A stretch of DNA of 64,000 nucleotides from Mosigvirus mar005p1. The position numbers and the translations under genes are program-made. The stretch lies in the sequence record OZ035759.1; one strand, given 5' to 3'. Position 1 is the first letter of the stretch, and each line of letters begins with the position of its first letter. This document shows positions 48,701-58,834 of this stretch, one piece after another. The notes under the pieces were generated by a model that did not search any database, was not told the DNA's origin, and saw nothing but the letters and a program-made list of their open reading frames with translations.

Positions 48701-49654
48701 AATGAATTTGGTGATGGTTCAGATACAACACGTTCTACTGTATTTGAAGTTGGTGATGAAACATCTAATCACTTTTATTCTCAACGTAATAAAGCTGGGA
48801 ATATAACGTTTAGCATTAATGGTACTGTGATGCCAATAAATGTTAACGCTTCAGGCACGTTAAATGCGAATGGTGTAGCAACATTTGGTCGTTCAGTTAC
48901 AGCCAATGGTGAATTCATTAGCAAGTCTGCAAATGCTTTCAGAGCAATTAGTGGTGATTACGGATTCTTTATTCGCAATGATGGCAGTAGCACCTATTTT
49001 TTGCTCACCGCAGCCGGTGACCAAACTGGTGGTTTTAATGGATTACGCCCATTATTAATTAATAATCAATCCGGTCAGATTACAATTGGTGAAGGCTTAA
49101 TCATTGCCAAAGGTGTTACTATAAATTCAGGTGGTTTATCTGTTTACTCGAGAATTCGTTCTCAGGGTAATAAAACATCTGATTTATATACCCGTGCGCC
49201 AACATCTGATACTGTAGGATTCTGGTCAATTGATATTAACGATTCAGCCACTTATAACCAGTTCCCGGGTTATTTTAAAATGGATGAAAAAACTAATGAA
49301 GTGACTGGACTTCCATACTTAGAGCGCGGTGAAGAAGTTAAATCTCCTGGTACATTGACTCAGTTTGGTAATACGCTTGATTCTCTTTACCAAGATTGGA
49401 TTACTTATCCAACGACACCAGAAGCACGTACCACTCGCTGGACACGTACATGGCAGAAAACTAAAAATTCTTGGTCAAGTTTTGTTCAGGTATTTGATGG
49501 TGGAAACCCTCCTCAACCTTCTGATATTGGTGCTTTACCTTCTGATAATGCAACAATCGGAAACTTGACAATAAGGGATTTCTTAAGGATTGGTAATGTC
49601 CGCATTATTCCAGACCCTGTGAATAAATCTGTTAAATTCGAGTGGATTGAATAA
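45779..49654 (+). CDS. 34: long tail fibre proximal subunit gp34
   Basis: 1291 aa (T4 gp34 1289 aa). Confidence 0.9.
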   Translation: MADIKRKFRAEDGLDAGGDKIVNVALADRTVGTDGVNVDFLVQENTVQVYDSTRGYNKGFVVLYDNRLYQAINDIVSPSGAFNLLQWRAVRTDAQWITVASGTYQLSSGESISVNTGAGNDMVFTLPNAPVDGDTIVLADIGGRTGAVKVQINASVQSILNFRGEQVRTVLMTRPRSQLVFVFSNRLWQMYIIDYGKESITVTPATPYQAQANDFIVLRFTSAAPINITLPRNANNGDIISLVDLDKLNPLYHTIIKTFDDTTSIGEVGTHIVEGRTSSDAFFVFDAANSLWRIWEGDQKSRLRIIRTDSNIRPNEEVLIFGTNNATAETINLTLPTGILTGDTVKISMNYMRKGQTVKIKAAEGDTIASSVALLQFPKRSEYPPDAQWVSVTELEFNGTTSYVPVLELAYVEDTDSDTRYWVVQQNVPTVERVDAGTDATRARLGVIALATQAQANADLENTPAKEVAITPETLANRTATEARRGIAKIATTAQVNQNSTAAFVDDTIITPKKLNERTATETRRGLAEIATQAETDAGLDDTTIITPKKLQARQGSETLSGIVKYVSTTSATPAATRGAAGTNVYNKTVNNLTISPKALDQYKATYAQQGAVILAVDSEVIAGQSQAGYSHAVVTPETLHKKTSTDGRIGLIEIATQAETNAGTDYTRAVTPKTLNDRRATEGLSGIAELATQVEFDTGTDDTRISTPLKIKTHFDSSDRTSVNSDSGLIEEGTLWNHYTLDISKANETQRGTLRVATQAESNAGTLDDVLITPKKLLGTKSTETSEGVIKVATRDETVTGTSANTAVSPKNLKWIVQSEPTWAATTAIRGFVKTSSGSITFVGNDTAGSTQPLESYEKNSYAVSPYELNRVLANYLPLKAKAVDSNLLDGLDSSQFIRRDIAQTVNGSLTLTQQTNLSAPLVSSSTATFGGSVSANSTLTISNTGTATRLIFEKGPQTGTNPAQTMSIRVWGNEFGDGSDTTRSTVFEVGDETSNHFYSQRNKAGNITFSINGTVMPINVNASGTLNANGVATFGRSVTANGEFISKSANAFRAISGDYGFFIRNDGSSTYFLLTAAGDQTGGFNGLRPLLINNQSGQITIGEGLIIAKGVTINSGGLSVYSRIRSQGNKTSDLYTRAPTSDTVGFWSIDINDSATYNQFPGYFKMDEKTNEVTGLPYLERGEEVKSPGTLTQFGNTLDSLYQDWITYPTTPEARTTRWTRTWQKTKNSWSSFVQVFDGGNPPQPSDIGALPSDNATIGNLTIRDFLRIGNVRIIPDPVNKSVKFEWIE

Positions 49655-49662
49655 GAGGTATT

Positions 49663-50790
49663 ATGGAAAAATTTATGGCTAAGTTTGGACAAGGATACGT
49701 CCAAACGCCATTTTTATCGGAAAGCAATTCAGTACGATTTAAATTAAGCATAGCGGGCTCTTGTCCGCTATCAACATCTCCTACTTATATTAAGTTCCAA
49801 GATAATCCACTTGGGTCCCAGGTTTTTTCTGTTGGATTAAACGTTCGTGTAATAAATCCTACAACAGGTGCAGTAGTTGAATCTAAGTCATATAATTTCT
49901 CTACTGAAAACGACGCCACGTCAAGTGCATTTGTTACTTTCATGGACACATATGCTTCAAATTTTATATTTGCTCTTGTTACTAACGCTAAAACAAACTT
50001 TCCACCCGAAGTTCTTACATGGTTTAATAAAGCCGGGAGTTCTGCTATTCCATTAGCTCAACAAGTTTTAAATATAGTGGACATTTCTTATTCTGCGTTT
50101 TATATTTCTGGTAAGAATGCTATAGCACTAGAACATATTAAGTATAGTAATAAGAAAACTTCAACCGACTATAGTACACCACTTGATGTTGTGTACGACA
50201 CGATCGATGATATTGGTGCTACCGGCTTCCCTAGACGTACGTACGAATCGACAGACACATTTTTATCTGCTGTTGGAGGTGCTAATAATGAAATTAAAAG
50301 GATGCCTACAACATCCATTATTACACCTCTCGCTGGGTATAAATTGAAGCCTGGAGATTTCCTTTATATGAAATTCCAACTAATGGCCGATGCTGATTTG
50401 TTAGCACAAGGGACGACACGACTTTCTATTCGTTTCTTTAAATCTCCTTCTACTTCACCTATTTCATTTAAGGATATAAACTTTGATGGGGCTGCAGGCG
50501 AATGGAAGATATATGAAGACTACATAGAAATTCCTGCTGGTGCTGACGGGTTCACGATTTATTGTTATCGTACAGCTCCAGTCGGGCAAGGTGGATTAAG
50601 AAACGTTATATTCACTGAAGTATCATGTAATGGAAGCGTTTCAAAACCTGCCGAGTTTGGTATAAATGGTATTCGTGTAAATTATGTTTCAGAATCTTTA
50701 AGTGCCCCAGACATAATGACATTACCTACTCAATCTTCAACCGATACTGGTAAGGTATTTGGTCAAGAATTTAAAGAAGCATCAGAATAA
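49663..50790 (+). CDS. 35: long tail fibre hinge connector gp35
   Basis: 375 aa (T4 gp35 372 aa). Confidence 0.85.
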   Translation: MEKFMAKFGQGYVQTPFLSESNSVRFKLSIAGSCPLSTSPTYIKFQDNPLGSQVFSVGLNVRVINPTTGAVVESKSYNFSTENDATSSAFVTFMDTYASNFIFALVTNAKTNFPPEVLTWFNKAGSSAIPLAQQVLNIVDISYSAFYISGKNAIALEHIKYSNKKTSTDYSTPLDVVYDTIDDIGATGFPRRTYESTDTFLSAVGGANNEIKRMPTTSIITPLAGYKLKPGDFLYMKFQLMADADLLAQGTTRLSIRFFKSPSTSPISFKDINFDGAAGEWKIYEDYIEIPAGADGFTIYCYRTAPVGQGGLRNVIFTEVSCNGSVSKPAEFGINGIRVNYVSESLSAPDIMTLPTQSSTDTGKVFGQEFKEASE

Positions 50791-50795
50791 ATTTA

Positions 50796-50819
50796 GGGAG
50801 ACTTCGGTCTCCCATTTTT
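50796..50819 (+). terminator. intrinsic terminator after gene 35
   Basis: GGGAGAC-TTCG-GTCTCCC followed by ATTTTTG. Confidence 0.75.
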
Positions 50820-50820
50820 G

Positions 50821-50828
50821 TATAAATA
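50821..50828 (+). promoter_or_regulatory. T4-type late promoter upstream of gene 36
   Basis: Exact TATAAATA 25 bp upstream of ATG 50853. Confidence 0.6.
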
Positions 50829-50852
50829 TGGTATACATATAAGGAGACAACT

Positions 50853-51518
50853 ATGGCCGATTTAAAAGCTGGTAGTACAACTGGCGGTGCTGTCATATGG
50901 CATCAAGGTAATTTCCCTTTAATGCCAGCAGGTGATGACGTCCTGTATAAAACGTTTAAACTCTATTCAGAATATAATAAACCACAAGCTGCTGATAACG
51001 ATTTCGTTTCTAAAGCTAATGGTGGTACGTATGCCGCTCGAGTAACATTTAATAATGGTGTGCAAGTACCTTATGCCGTAAATAACACGAATCAAAGTGG
51101 TATTTATCCTGGCAATGGCGATGCTGCTACTTTTGATACAGCAAATATTGATATTGTTTCATGGTATGGCATTGGTTTTAAATCATCACAAGGATCTGCA
51201 GGTAGAACTGTTGTTGTTAACACTCGTACTGGTGATATCAGCACTAAAGGTGGTATTTATGCAACTGGTCCTGTCCGTTCTAACGCTACTGCTCCGGTTG
51301 CAGCAAATGATCTCACAAGAAAAGATTATGTTGATGGACGAATAAATATTGTTACGGATAACGCAAATTCCCGTGTATTGCGTAAAGGCGATACCATGAC
51401 TGGTACTTTAACAGCACCAAACTTTTTCTCACAGAATCCGGCGTCTGAGGCTAATCATGTTCCTCGTTTCGACCAGATTGTAATTAAAGATTCTGTTCAA
51501 GATTTCGGCTATTATTAA
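50853..51518 (+). CDS. 36: long tail fibre distal connector gp36
   Basis: 221 aa (T4 gp36 221 aa). Confidence 0.85.
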   Translation: MADLKAGSTTGGAVIWHQGNFPLMPAGDDVLYKTFKLYSEYNKPQAADNDFVSKANGGTYAARVTFNNGVQVPYAVNNTNQSGIYPGNGDAATFDTANIDIVSWYGIGFKSSQGSAGRTVVVNTRTGDISTKGGIYATGPVRSNATAPVAANDLTRKDYVDGRINIVTDNANSRVLRKGDTMTGTLTAPNFFSQNPASEANHVPRFDQIVIKDSVQDFGYY

Positions 51519-51526
51519 GAGGACTT

Positions 51527-54500
51527 ATGGCTACATTAAAACAGATACAATTTAAAAGAAGCAAAGTAGCAGGAGTTAATCCTACTGCAGCACAATTAGC
51601 CGAAGGCGAATTAGCGATAAACTTAAAAGATCGAACTCTTTTTACTAAAGATGACCTCGGTAATATTATTAGCCTAGGCTTTGCTAAGGGTGGGGATATT
51701 AACGGTAATGTAACTCAAACTGGTGATTATTTACAAAACGGCACATATAATCTCAATGGAAATCAGTTTGTTTATGCAGGAAAATACATTGAATTTTTAC
51801 CTAAAACCACTGGAAATGGCGCTTGGGCTAACCAACATTCGAATAAAGCCCCTATCTTTACAGATTTAAGTTCAACTACTTCTGTTTCAGAATACCACCC
51901 TTTGATTAAGCAACGTTATAAAGACGGTACTTTTTCAGTAGGTACACTAGTAAGCGAAGGCTCATTTAGAGTTCATTATATTGATTCTACAGCTCCAGAC
52001 AATTCTAAACACTGGGTCTTTAACCGTAATGGTAATTTTATTGTAGATTCTGGTAGTATTGAGGTCCGCGCAGGTAATATTTCTGCATCAGGCAATATTA
52101 ACTCTGCCAATGGTATAGTTTCTGCTCCACAAGTTAATACGAAAACCATTGTTTTGGACACAAAAGCATTCGGACAATATGATTCACAATCATTAGTTCA
52201 ATATGTTTATCCTGGAACAGGCGAAGAAAATGGTGTAAACTATCTTCGTAAAGTTCGCGCTAAATCAGGCGGAACTATTTACCATGAAATCGCTTCAGCT
52301 CAAACCGGTAAAAATGATGAAATTTCTTGGTGGACCGGAAATACACTTACTACTAAATTAATGGGTCTTCGTAATGATGGCGCAATGGTATTACGTCGTT
52401 CACTTGCTATTGGCACAATTACCACTGACGAAAATACTAACAACTATGGTTCTCCTACTCCAATGGGAGAAAGATATATTGCTTTGGGTGATGCTGCCAC
52501 TGGTTTAAAATACATTAAGCAGGGTGTTTATGATTTAGTAGGTAATTGGAATTCTGTTGCTTCTATTACTCCTGACAGTTTCCGCAGTACTCGTAAAGGA
52601 TTATTTGGACGTTCCGAGGACCAAGGCGGAACGTGGATTATGCCTGGAACCAACGCTGCTCTCTTGTCTGTTCAAACCCAGGCAGATGTGAATAACGCAG
52701 GTGATGGACAAACTCATATCGGTTATAACTCCGGTGGGAAAATGTCCCACTATTTCCGCGGTAAAGGCCAAACCAACATTAATACTCAAGAAGGCATGGA
52801 AATTAACCCGGGTATTTTAAAATTGGTAACTGGCTCTAATAACGTACAGTTTTATGCTAACGGAACAGTATCTTCAATACAAAGAATTAAATTTGATAAC
52901 GGATTAGTTCTTACTGGTGCTAGACCTGACGGTATTCAACTTGACGCTCCTACAGCAGTAAATGGCACTAAAACTATACTGTGGGCTGGTGGTACTCGCG
53001 AAGGCCAGAATAAAAGTTATGTATCTATTAAAGCGTGGGGTAACTCATTTAACGCATCTGGCGATCGTACTCGTGAAACGGTTTTTGAAGTAGCTGATGG
53101 ACATGGTTATTATTTCTACGCTCAACGTACTAATCCTGCGTCAGGTCAAACAGCAGGTCCGGTTAACTTTAAATTTAACGGAACTATCGAAACAGGCCAT
53201 ATCATAGGCCTTGGTAATATAAGTGCCTCCGGTACAGGTTCTTTTGGTGGCAATGTTACCATGACTAATGGCCTGTTTGTCCAAGGTGGTTCTTCTATTA
53301 CAGGCCAAGTTAAAATTGGTGGAACAGCTGATGCATTAAGAATTTGGAATGCTGAATACGGTGCTATTTTCCGTCGTTCTGAAGATAAGCTTTATATTAT
53401 TCCAACCCCGCAGAATGCTGGCGAATCAGGTGGTATTTCTAATTTACGTCCGTTCTATATTGCATTAAGTAACGGTAAAGTTTCCATGGACCATGATGTA
53501 GATATCGGAGGCGGTAGATTTAAAGTAGAAGCGGCTGGAACTACTTCTAATCAACGTATAACAATAAATATGGCATCAGATGCTATTAGAATAAATGCTC
53601 CAACACAAGAGTCTTCTAACTTTATCCAAGGACGTAAAGCAGATGTTACAAAATGGTATTTAGGTATTGGCGATGGCGGCAACGTCGTTCGTATGCATAG
53701 TTACACCTATTCACATGGTATTGCACTGAATTCTGATACTGTCGATATTACTAAACCATTAAAAGTTGGTAATGCTCAATTCGGTACTGATGGTAATATC
53801 ACTGGTGGTTCTGGTAATTTTGCTAACTTGAATACCACAATAAATAACCTTAAGACAGATATTGTCTCAAGTTATCCAATTGGTGCTCCGATTCCTTGGC
53901 CTACTGATACACCTCCTGAAGGTTATGCCATAATGGAAGGCCAGACGTTTGATACTGACTTGTATCCTAAGTTAGCTGCGGTGTATCCTTCCGGCGCTCT
54001 GCCTGATATGCGGGGTCAAACTATCAAGGGTAAACCATCTGGGCGTGATGTATTAAGTACAGAAGCAGACGGTGTTAAGTCACATAGCCATAGTGCAAGT
54101 GCGTCAAGCACGGATTTAGGTACTAAGACCACTTCTAGTTTTGATTACGGTAGCAAAACGACTTCAAGCTTTGATTATGGTACTAAAACCAGTAATACTA
54201 CTGGTAACCATAACCATACAGTGAGTGGTAATACTAGTGCCGCTGGTAACCACCAGCACTCACAGACAGGCCCAAGAGGACCTAGTAACCAACCGACCGG
54301 GATATTTCCTAATGGGGCTACTCTAATTAGTGGGTCTCAGGTTGTTGGTTTTGGCCTAAGCAACGGTGTCGTGCCTGGTACAAGCCAATATATTGCAAAG
54401 TCGTCAACAGAAGGTAATCATACTCATACTTGGTCTGGTACTACTAGCTCTACGGGTAACCATGCTCACACGGTAGGTATCGGTGCTCACACTCACACGG

Positions 54501-54631
54501 TAGGTATCGGTGCTCACTCGCATTCAGTAGCAATTGGTTCACACGGCCATACCATCACTGTAAATAGTACAGGTAATACAGAAAACACGGTTAAAAACAT
54601 TGCTTTTAACTATATCGTTCGTTTAGCATAA
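51527..54631 (+). CDS. 37: long tail fibre distal subunit gp37 (receptor-binding tip with His-box repeats)
   Basis: 1034 aa (T4 gp37 1026 aa); C-terminus ...[11 protein letters not shown]; H-x-H repeats (GNHNHT, GNHTHT, GAHTHT, GAHSHS, GSHGHT). Confidence 0.9.
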   Translation: MATLKQIQFKRSKVAGVNPTAAQLAEGELAINLKDRTLFTKDDLGNIISLGFAKGGDINGNVTQTGDYLQNGTYNLNGNQFVYAGKYIEFLPKTTGNGAWANQHSNKAPIFTDLSSTTSVSEYHPLIKQRYKDGTFSVGTLVSEGSFRVHYIDSTAPDNSKHWVFNRNGNFIVDSGSIEVRAGNISASGNINSANGIVSAPQVNTKTIVLDTKAFGQYDSQSLVQYVYPGTGEENGVNYLRKVRAKSGGTIYHEIASAQTGKNDEISWWTGNTLTTKLMGLRNDGAMVLRRSLAIGTITTDENTNNYGSPTPMGERYIALGDAATGLKYIKQGVYDLVGNWNSVASITPDSFRSTRKGLFGRSEDQGGTWIMPGTNAALLSVQTQADVNNAGDGQTHIGYNSGGKMSHYFRGKGQTNINTQEGMEINPGILKLVTGSNNVQFYANGTVSSIQRIKFDNGLVLTGARPDGIQLDAPTAVNGTKTILWAGGTREGQNKSYVSIKAWGNSFNASGDRTRETVFEVADGHGYYFYAQRTNPASGQTAGPVNFKFNGTIETGHIIGLGNISASGTGSFGGNVTMTNGLFVQGGSSITGQVKIGGTADALRIWNAEYGAIFRRSEDKLYIIPTPQNAGESGGISNLRPFYIALSNGKVSMDHDVDIGGGRFKVEAAGTTSNQRITINMASDAIRINAPTQESSNFIQGRKADVTKWYLGIGDGGNVVRMHSYTYSHGIALNSDTVDITKPLKVGNAQFGTDGNITGGSGNFANLNTTINNLKTDIVSSYPIGAPIPWPTDTPPEGYAIMEGQTFDTDLYPKLAAVYPSGALPDMRGQTIKGKPSGRDVLSTEADGVKSHSHSASASSTDLGTKTTSSFDYGSKTTSSFDYGTKTSNTTGNHNHTVSGNTSAAGNHQHSQTGPRGPSNQPTGIFPNGATLISGSQVVGFGLSNGVVPGTSQYIAKSSTEGNHTHTWSGTTSSTGNHAHTVGIGAHTHTVGIGAHSHSVAIGSHGHTITVNSTGNTENTVKNIAFNYIVRLA
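54467..54517 (+). repeat. tandem 27 bp direct repeat inside gene 37
   Basis: CACACGGTAGGTATCGGTGCTCAC occurs twice 27 bp apart, encoding the repeated HTVGIGAH motif. Confidence 0.6.
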
Positions 54632-54637
54632 GGAGAA

Positions 54638-54656
54638 GGGACTTCGGTCCCTTTTT
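54638..54656 (+). promoter_or_regulatory. stem-loop between the SD and start codon of gene 38 (split ribosome-binding site), possibly also a partial terminator
   Basis: AAGGAG at 54631-54636, hairpin GGGAC-TTCG-GTCCC, TTTTT, then ATG 54662. Confidence 0.5.
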
Positions 54657-54661
54657 ATAAT

Positions 54662-55213
54662 ATGAAACTCTATCATTATTATTTTGACACTAAAGAATTT
54701 TACAAAGAAGAAAATTATAAACCATTAAAAGGCGTAGGATTTCCAGCTCATTCGACACCAAAAAAACCTTTAGACCCTAAAGAAGGCTATGCTGTTGTAT
54801 TTGATGAACGCAAACAAGAATGGGTATATGTTGAAGACCATCGTGGAAAAACAGTATGGACTTATGATAAACAAAAAATTGTTATTGACACTCCAGGTGC
54901 TCTTCAAAATGTTACTACAGAAGAACCTGGTGAATTTGACGTTTGGACCGACGACGGGTGGAAGGAAGACGAAGCATATAAACGCGTAGTTCAACGTGAT
55001 AAGAAAATTCATGAACTCTATAAATTATTCAGTGTTTTAAGTTCTCTTATTGACGCAGAGGTTGCTAATAGAGAAGAAAAACGAAAATTTAAAGAGCTCA
55101 AAAAATTCTTTGCCCTTTTAGAAAAACATGAACATCTCGGCGGTGAATTCCCTAAATTCCCTGACCTTGAAAAAAAATCTATTGTCAAAGCGATTATAAA
55201 TATCTTTAAGTAA
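54662..55213 (+). CDS. 38: gp38 tail fibre assembly chaperone (T4-type)
   Basis: 183 aa (T4 gp38 183 aa); no glycine-rich adhesin repeats. Confidence 0.85.
   Translation: MKLYHYYFDTKEFYKEENYKPLKGVGFPAHSTPKKPLDPKEGYAVVFDERKQEWVYVEDHRGKTVWTYDKQKIVIDTPGALQNVTTEEPGEFDVWTDDGWKEDEAYKRVVQRDKKIHELYKLFSVLSSLIDAEVANREEKRKFKELKKFFALLEKHEHLGGEFPKFPDLEKKSIVKAIINIFK
55195..55202 (+). promoter_or_regulatory. T4-type late promoter upstream of holin t
   Basis: Exact TATAAATA 21 bp upstream of ATG 55223, inside the 3' end of gene 38. Confidence 0.55.
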
Positions 55214-55222
55214 GGAGGTATT

Positions 55223-55882
55223 ATGGCAACACCAAAAGTGTCATTTTCGCCTAGTGATATTCTATTTGGGTTGCTAGATCGTATTTTCAAAGATAACGCT
55301 ACTGGAAAGGTTTTAATGTCCCGAGTAGCGGTAATTATTCTTTTGTTCCTAATGGCACTAATATGGTACAAAGGAAGTATTTTGCTGGATTATTATGTAA
55401 GAGCTAAGTATGATACTTATACCGAAATAATCCAAAAAGAACGAGCTTTACGTTTTGAATCTGCGGCTCTAGAACAACTGCAAATAGTTCATATCTCATC
55501 TGGTGCAGATTTTAGTGCTGTGTATTCTTTCAGACCTAAAAACTTAAATTATTTTGTCGACCTTATAGCTTATGAAGGCAAACTACCTAGCACAATTTCT
55601 GAAAAGTCCCTCGGCGGATTCCCAGTGGATAAAACGGCCAATGAATATATAATTCATTTAAGTGGCCGTCATTTCTCATCTAAAACAGAATTTGCATTTT
55701 TGCCTACAAAATCTAAGACTGCCGAACTTTCTTATATGTATAGTTGTCCATACTTTAATTTGGATAACATCTATGCTGGAACTGTGACGATGTATTGGTA
55801 TAAGGGGAATAATATACTTGAGGAAGATCGCTTAGCGGCTATATGCAACCAAGCGGTCCGAATACTAGGAAGGGCTAAATAA
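55223..55882 (+). CDS. t: holin T
   Basis: 219 aa (T4 T 218 aa); N-terminal TM segment and large periplasmic domain. Confidence 0.85.
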   Translation: MATPKVSFSPSDILFGLLDRIFKDNATGKVLMSRVAVIILLFLMALIWYKGSILLDYYVRAKYDTYTEIIQKERALRFESAALEQLQIVHISSGADFSAVYSFRPKNLNYFVDLIAYEGKLPSTISEKSLGGFPVDKTANEYIIHLSGRHFSSKTEFAFLPTKSKTAELSYMYSCPYFNLDNIYAGTVTMYWYKGNNILEEDRLAAICNQAVRILGRAK

Positions 55883-56155
55883 TTAGTTGTTAGAATACAT
55901 CGCTAAATGACGATAAATATTTTCAAAACCTTCATTGAATTCACTAATCAGTGTTTTCTTTTCTTCGGCAGTTAAATTTGTAATTAGTTTTCTGAACGAA
56001 TTCTGATTTAGCTGCCGACCATCTTTTTTAATTCCAATCTCATTCAAGAATCCGATGAAACTTGCTCGGTCTTCAACAATATCTTCCCTAGAGAATTTAA
56101 TCAAAATAGAAGCAATAGTAATAATTTCACGTACGATTTCAATGTCTTTATTCAT
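55883..56155 (-). CDS. asiA: anti-sigma-70 factor AsiA
   Basis: 90 aa (T4 AsiA 90 aa); sequence recognisable as T4 AsiA. Confidence 0.85.
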   Translation of the reverse strand: MNKDIEIVREIITIASILIKFSREDIVEDRASFIGFLNEIGIKKDGRQLNQNSFRKLITNLTAEEKKTLISEFNEGFENIYRHLAMYSNN

Positions 56156-56189
56156 AACGTTTTATTCATTCCACTTAGTTGATATGGAT

Positions 56190-56219
56190 ATAGTACCATT
56201 ATCAGTGTTGATTGTAAAC
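56190..56219 (-). promoter_or_regulatory. T4 early-type promoter for asiA
   Basis: Minus-sense GTTTAC, 18 bp, TGgTACTAT. Confidence 0.45.
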
Positions 56220-56363
56220 GGCTTTTTCTACGCTTTTAACGTAATCAATGTAGTCTTCCTGTTCATACGAGTGTAAGGCTAAGAACAGAGCTAATAATTC
56301 ATTATAGACTAAGGCCTCACGCTCACGTTCGGCCTCTACTACGTTCTGAAGATTATGACTCAT
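56202..56363 (-). CDS. hypothetical small protein
   Basis: Internal ATG gives 53 aa; overlaps the upstream ORF and contains the asiA promoter. Confidence 0.3.
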   Translation of the reverse strand: MSHNLQNVVEAEREREALVYNELLALFLALHSYEQEDYIDYVKSVEKAVYNQH

Positions 56364-56739
56364 ATCGTTCCTTATAACTATCAATGTAATCCTGTATGTC
56401 AAAGAATGACATTTCATATTCTAGGACATTAAGAGCCCGTTCTTCAGTATAGTCAGAACCAAAGACGATAGTGATTTCACCAGGCTTCATGTGATTGAAA
56501 TCGACACTAAAAGGAATACGAGAACATACTTCGTCTGCCATATCTACGATAACACTACGACACACTTCTCGGTTAACCTGATAAAGCTCTGCAAGTTCTT
56601 CACATCGAATAACAAGTTCAGTGGCAGGATTTTCTTTGATTTTAGTAAGCATAGTCTTTACCCTTATGTTTTTGTTTACGTTTAGATTGAAGTTCTGATT
56701 TCTTCTTGTCCTTATGGATAGAAGCCTTATTGAAATCAT
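56353..56739 (-). CDS. hypothetical acidic protein (arn cluster position)
   Basis: 128 aa; ATG overlaps stop of upstream ORF (ATGA); acidic C-terminal half. Confidence 0.45.
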   Translation of the reverse strand: MISIRLLSIRTRRNQNFNLNVNKNIRVKTMLTKIKENPATELVIRCEELAELYQVNREVCRSVIVDMADEVCSRIPFSVDFNHMKPGEITIVFGSDYTEERALNVLEYEMSFFDIQDYIDSYKERYES

Positions 56740-56954
56740 GTTTTGCTACAAGATTGTTCATAATGATTTATAACCTCGTTTAAACATTTGTCTGTGAAAG
56801 AAAACTTTTTAGCCACAGAACATTCTATAATGTGCTCTTTCAAATCTTTAGAGTCAGTATAACCCATCTCAGTAATAAAGTGGCGAATTAAAGCTTTATT
56901 CTTATCATTAACAGAATTAAAATAATCTGCTTTAGAATCAATTATTCTCATCAT
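56736..56954 (-). CDS. hypothetical protein
   Basis: 72 aa ORF in the asiA-motA cluster. Confidence 0.4.
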   Translation of the reverse strand: MMRIIDSKADYFNSVNDKNKALIRHFITEMGYTDSKDLKEHIIECSVAKKFSFTDKCLNEVINHYEQSCSKT

Positions 56955-57219
56955 CTAATTTCCTTAATTGATATTGCAACGAGTCAATAATTTCTTCGTT
57001 CATTTTAATATACATGTCGCGCAAGAAAGGTTTTAACCCATCACGAATAATTGCTAACGTATCACCTTTACATAAATTAACCAAATAAGGATGGTCTAAA
57101 GCATCCCAACCAGGCTGATTAGCATACATACCATAATTTTCTTCCATCATAGCATTCAGGCGTTTGATATGATTAATGTGAGCTTCAATAGCATCAATCT
57201 GGAGTTGTTTAAGATTCAT
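56938..57219 (-). CDS. hypothetical protein
   Basis: 93 aa ORF in the asiA-motA cluster. Confidence 0.4.
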   Translation of the reverse strand: MNLKQLQIDAIEAHINHIKRLNAMMEENYGMYANQPGWDALDHPYLVNLCKGDTLAIIRDGLKPFLRDMYIKMNEEIIDSLQYQLRKLDDENN

Positions 57220-57680
57220 TAGTAAAGGTCCTCAGAGTAAAGTTCTTTTTCATTACCACCACGTTCAATACGTACTTGTCCAGCATAAGTTGCAATAATC
57301 ATTGCTTCTTCACGTGTCCAATAATTACTATATTGGTCAATAAACCCTTGGTCATCATCACAAACTTGTTGAGTAACTAATTGAGGTTTAACTACATCTA
57401 AAACTTCTGCCATATCTTTAGAATAATGACGAGCACCTGGAATAATAAGAGTTCGTCCATCTTTTAATTTAAACCGGTTGGCTGCGCAGACAATTCGTCG
57501 TTGATACTTTTGGTTTTCATCCCAATACAGAGTCTGCCAACAGATTTCAGGAACTTCATCTAAAACATTTTGTTCTGTATATTCACCGCCGTAAGAAGCT
57601 AATTTAGCAGCCAGACTTTCCGGAGTCTCACGCGTCAAAGCTTTATCTAACAGAGCTAAACGTTCTTTAAAAGTTTTCAT
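57219..57680 (-). CDS. hypothetical protein
   Basis: 153 aa; stop/start overlap with neighbours. Confidence 0.45.
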   Translation of the reverse strand: MKTFKERLALLDKALTRETPESLAAKLASYGGEYTEQNVLDEVPEICWQTLYWDENQKYQRRIVCAANRFKLKDGRTLIIPGARHYSKDMAEVLDVVKPQLVTQQVCDDDQGFIDQYSNYWTREEAMIIATYAGQVRIERGGNEKELYSEDLY

Positions 57681-58006
57681 TTAAACCATCCTTTAATACG
57701 TTGCCAAATAGATTTTTGTGCTTGTTTATTTACACCAATCGAACGAATAACCGGTTGTGACTGCTGATATTCTTTATAATCTTCTTTATAGATTTCGTAA
57801 GCTGCATCAACAAATGAACTGATCGCTGCCATGTAGTTTTTACGAAGGCCAAATGGCGCGTCATTATTTTCACGAATAACCGTATATTGGCCTGCTTTAA
57901 TCTTTACAATTGTCCCTAAATAAGCCCCGTGGTACCAAATATCCCATCCTTCCTGAGTAGGTTCTGCACATTTACGAAGTTCGTTAATAATATTCAGCTT
58001 ATTCAT
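57677..58006 (-). CDS. hypothetical protein (motA.1 position)
   Basis: 109 aa ORF. Confidence 0.45.
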   Translation of the reverse strand: MNKLNIINELRKCAEPTQEGWDIWYHGAYLGTIVKIKAGQYTVIRENNDAPFGLRKNYMAAISSFVDAAYEIYKEDYKEYQQSQPVIRSIGVNKQAQKSIWQRIKGWFK

Positions 58007-58016
58007 TATGTATTCC

Positions 58017-58649
58017 TCACAGTACGTTAGTTACAAGGGTAATGATTTCTTTGGACACATTAGGGAAGTCAATGTAAGTATATTTACCACCGATCTTAAT
58101 CTTAACATCATTTTCAAGAGAAGTAAACAGCTTTGATTCAGTTTCTGACATGTTGTATGCAAAGATTCTAAGAGAACCATCTCGACGAATTTCGATCTGA
58201 CGAATACCTAGAACTCGTTTTGCAAATCGAACTTCCAAATTACTACGGTTTTCACCAATTTCTTTAACTTCAACTTTATCTTTAATATTTTCAAAAACAA
58301 AGTTTGCTAGTTCATGCATTTCAGGAGTAACTCCACGGGCTTTTCTGGTGTTACGTTTCTGAAGAAGTTCTGGAGTATTTTCTTGGGCAAAGAGGTCTGC
58401 AGCTTTTTGGATAATATCCATTGCTTCGCCTGTTGCTACAAGTCCATCACCGGATTTTTCGACTAAACCTTTCTTAATCAATACACCAATGTTAGAGTTA
58501 ACAACTGATGCATTGTATTCTGCTTCCAGAGCTTCACGGACATTGGCAGCAGTGGTGAAGTTGTTCTTAATGATATAAACCATTATTGTGGCAGTTTTTT
58601 CATTCAGAGCGTTTTCAGAAGCTTTGATGATGTAAGTAACTTTAGACAT
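58017..58649 (-). CDS. motA: MotA middle-transcription activator
   Basis: 210 aa (T4 MotA 211 aa); N-terminal region recognisable as T4 MotA. Confidence 0.85.
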   Translation of the reverse strand: MSKVTYIIKASENALNEKTATIMVYIIKNNFTTAANVREALEAEYNASVVNSNIGVLIKKGLVEKSGDGLVATGEAMDIIQKAADLFAQENTPELLQKRNTRKARGVTPEMHELANFVFENIKDKVEVKEIGENRSNLEVRFAKRVLGIRQIEIRRDGSLRIFAYNMSETESKLFTSLENDVKIKIGGKYTYIDFPNVSKEIITLVTNVL

Positions 58650-58688
58650 TTTATTTCTCCAATTTGGTTGTTTTGTTTTGATAGGTCT

Positions 58689-58717
58689 ATAATATCATGT
58701 TTGAAGCATGTGTAAAC
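58689..58717 (-). promoter_or_regulatory. T4 early-type promoter for motA
   Basis: Minus-sense GTTTAC, 17 bp, TGaTATTAT. Confidence 0.45.
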
Positions 58718-58742
58718 TGTTTTGTGAGAAAAATGCACAAAA

Positions 58743-58758
58743 GGGAGCCGAAGCTCCC
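58743..58758 (-). terminator. terminator hairpin between gene 52 and motA
   Basis: GGGAGC-TTCG-GCTCCC (minus sense) followed by TTTTGTG. Confidence 0.55.
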
Positions 58759-58834
58759 TAATCATGTTTGTCCAACCAATACAGCCAAATCACTAGTGCA
58801 GCTATTGCACCGAGAAATCCTAAGGCTAGGGCAC

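Noticed and set aside
56353-56739. Calling this ORF arn outright
   Set aside because: Position and acidic composition fit, but at 128 aa it is longer than T4 Arn (92 aa) and I cannot confirm sequence similarity from memory; left as hypothetical.
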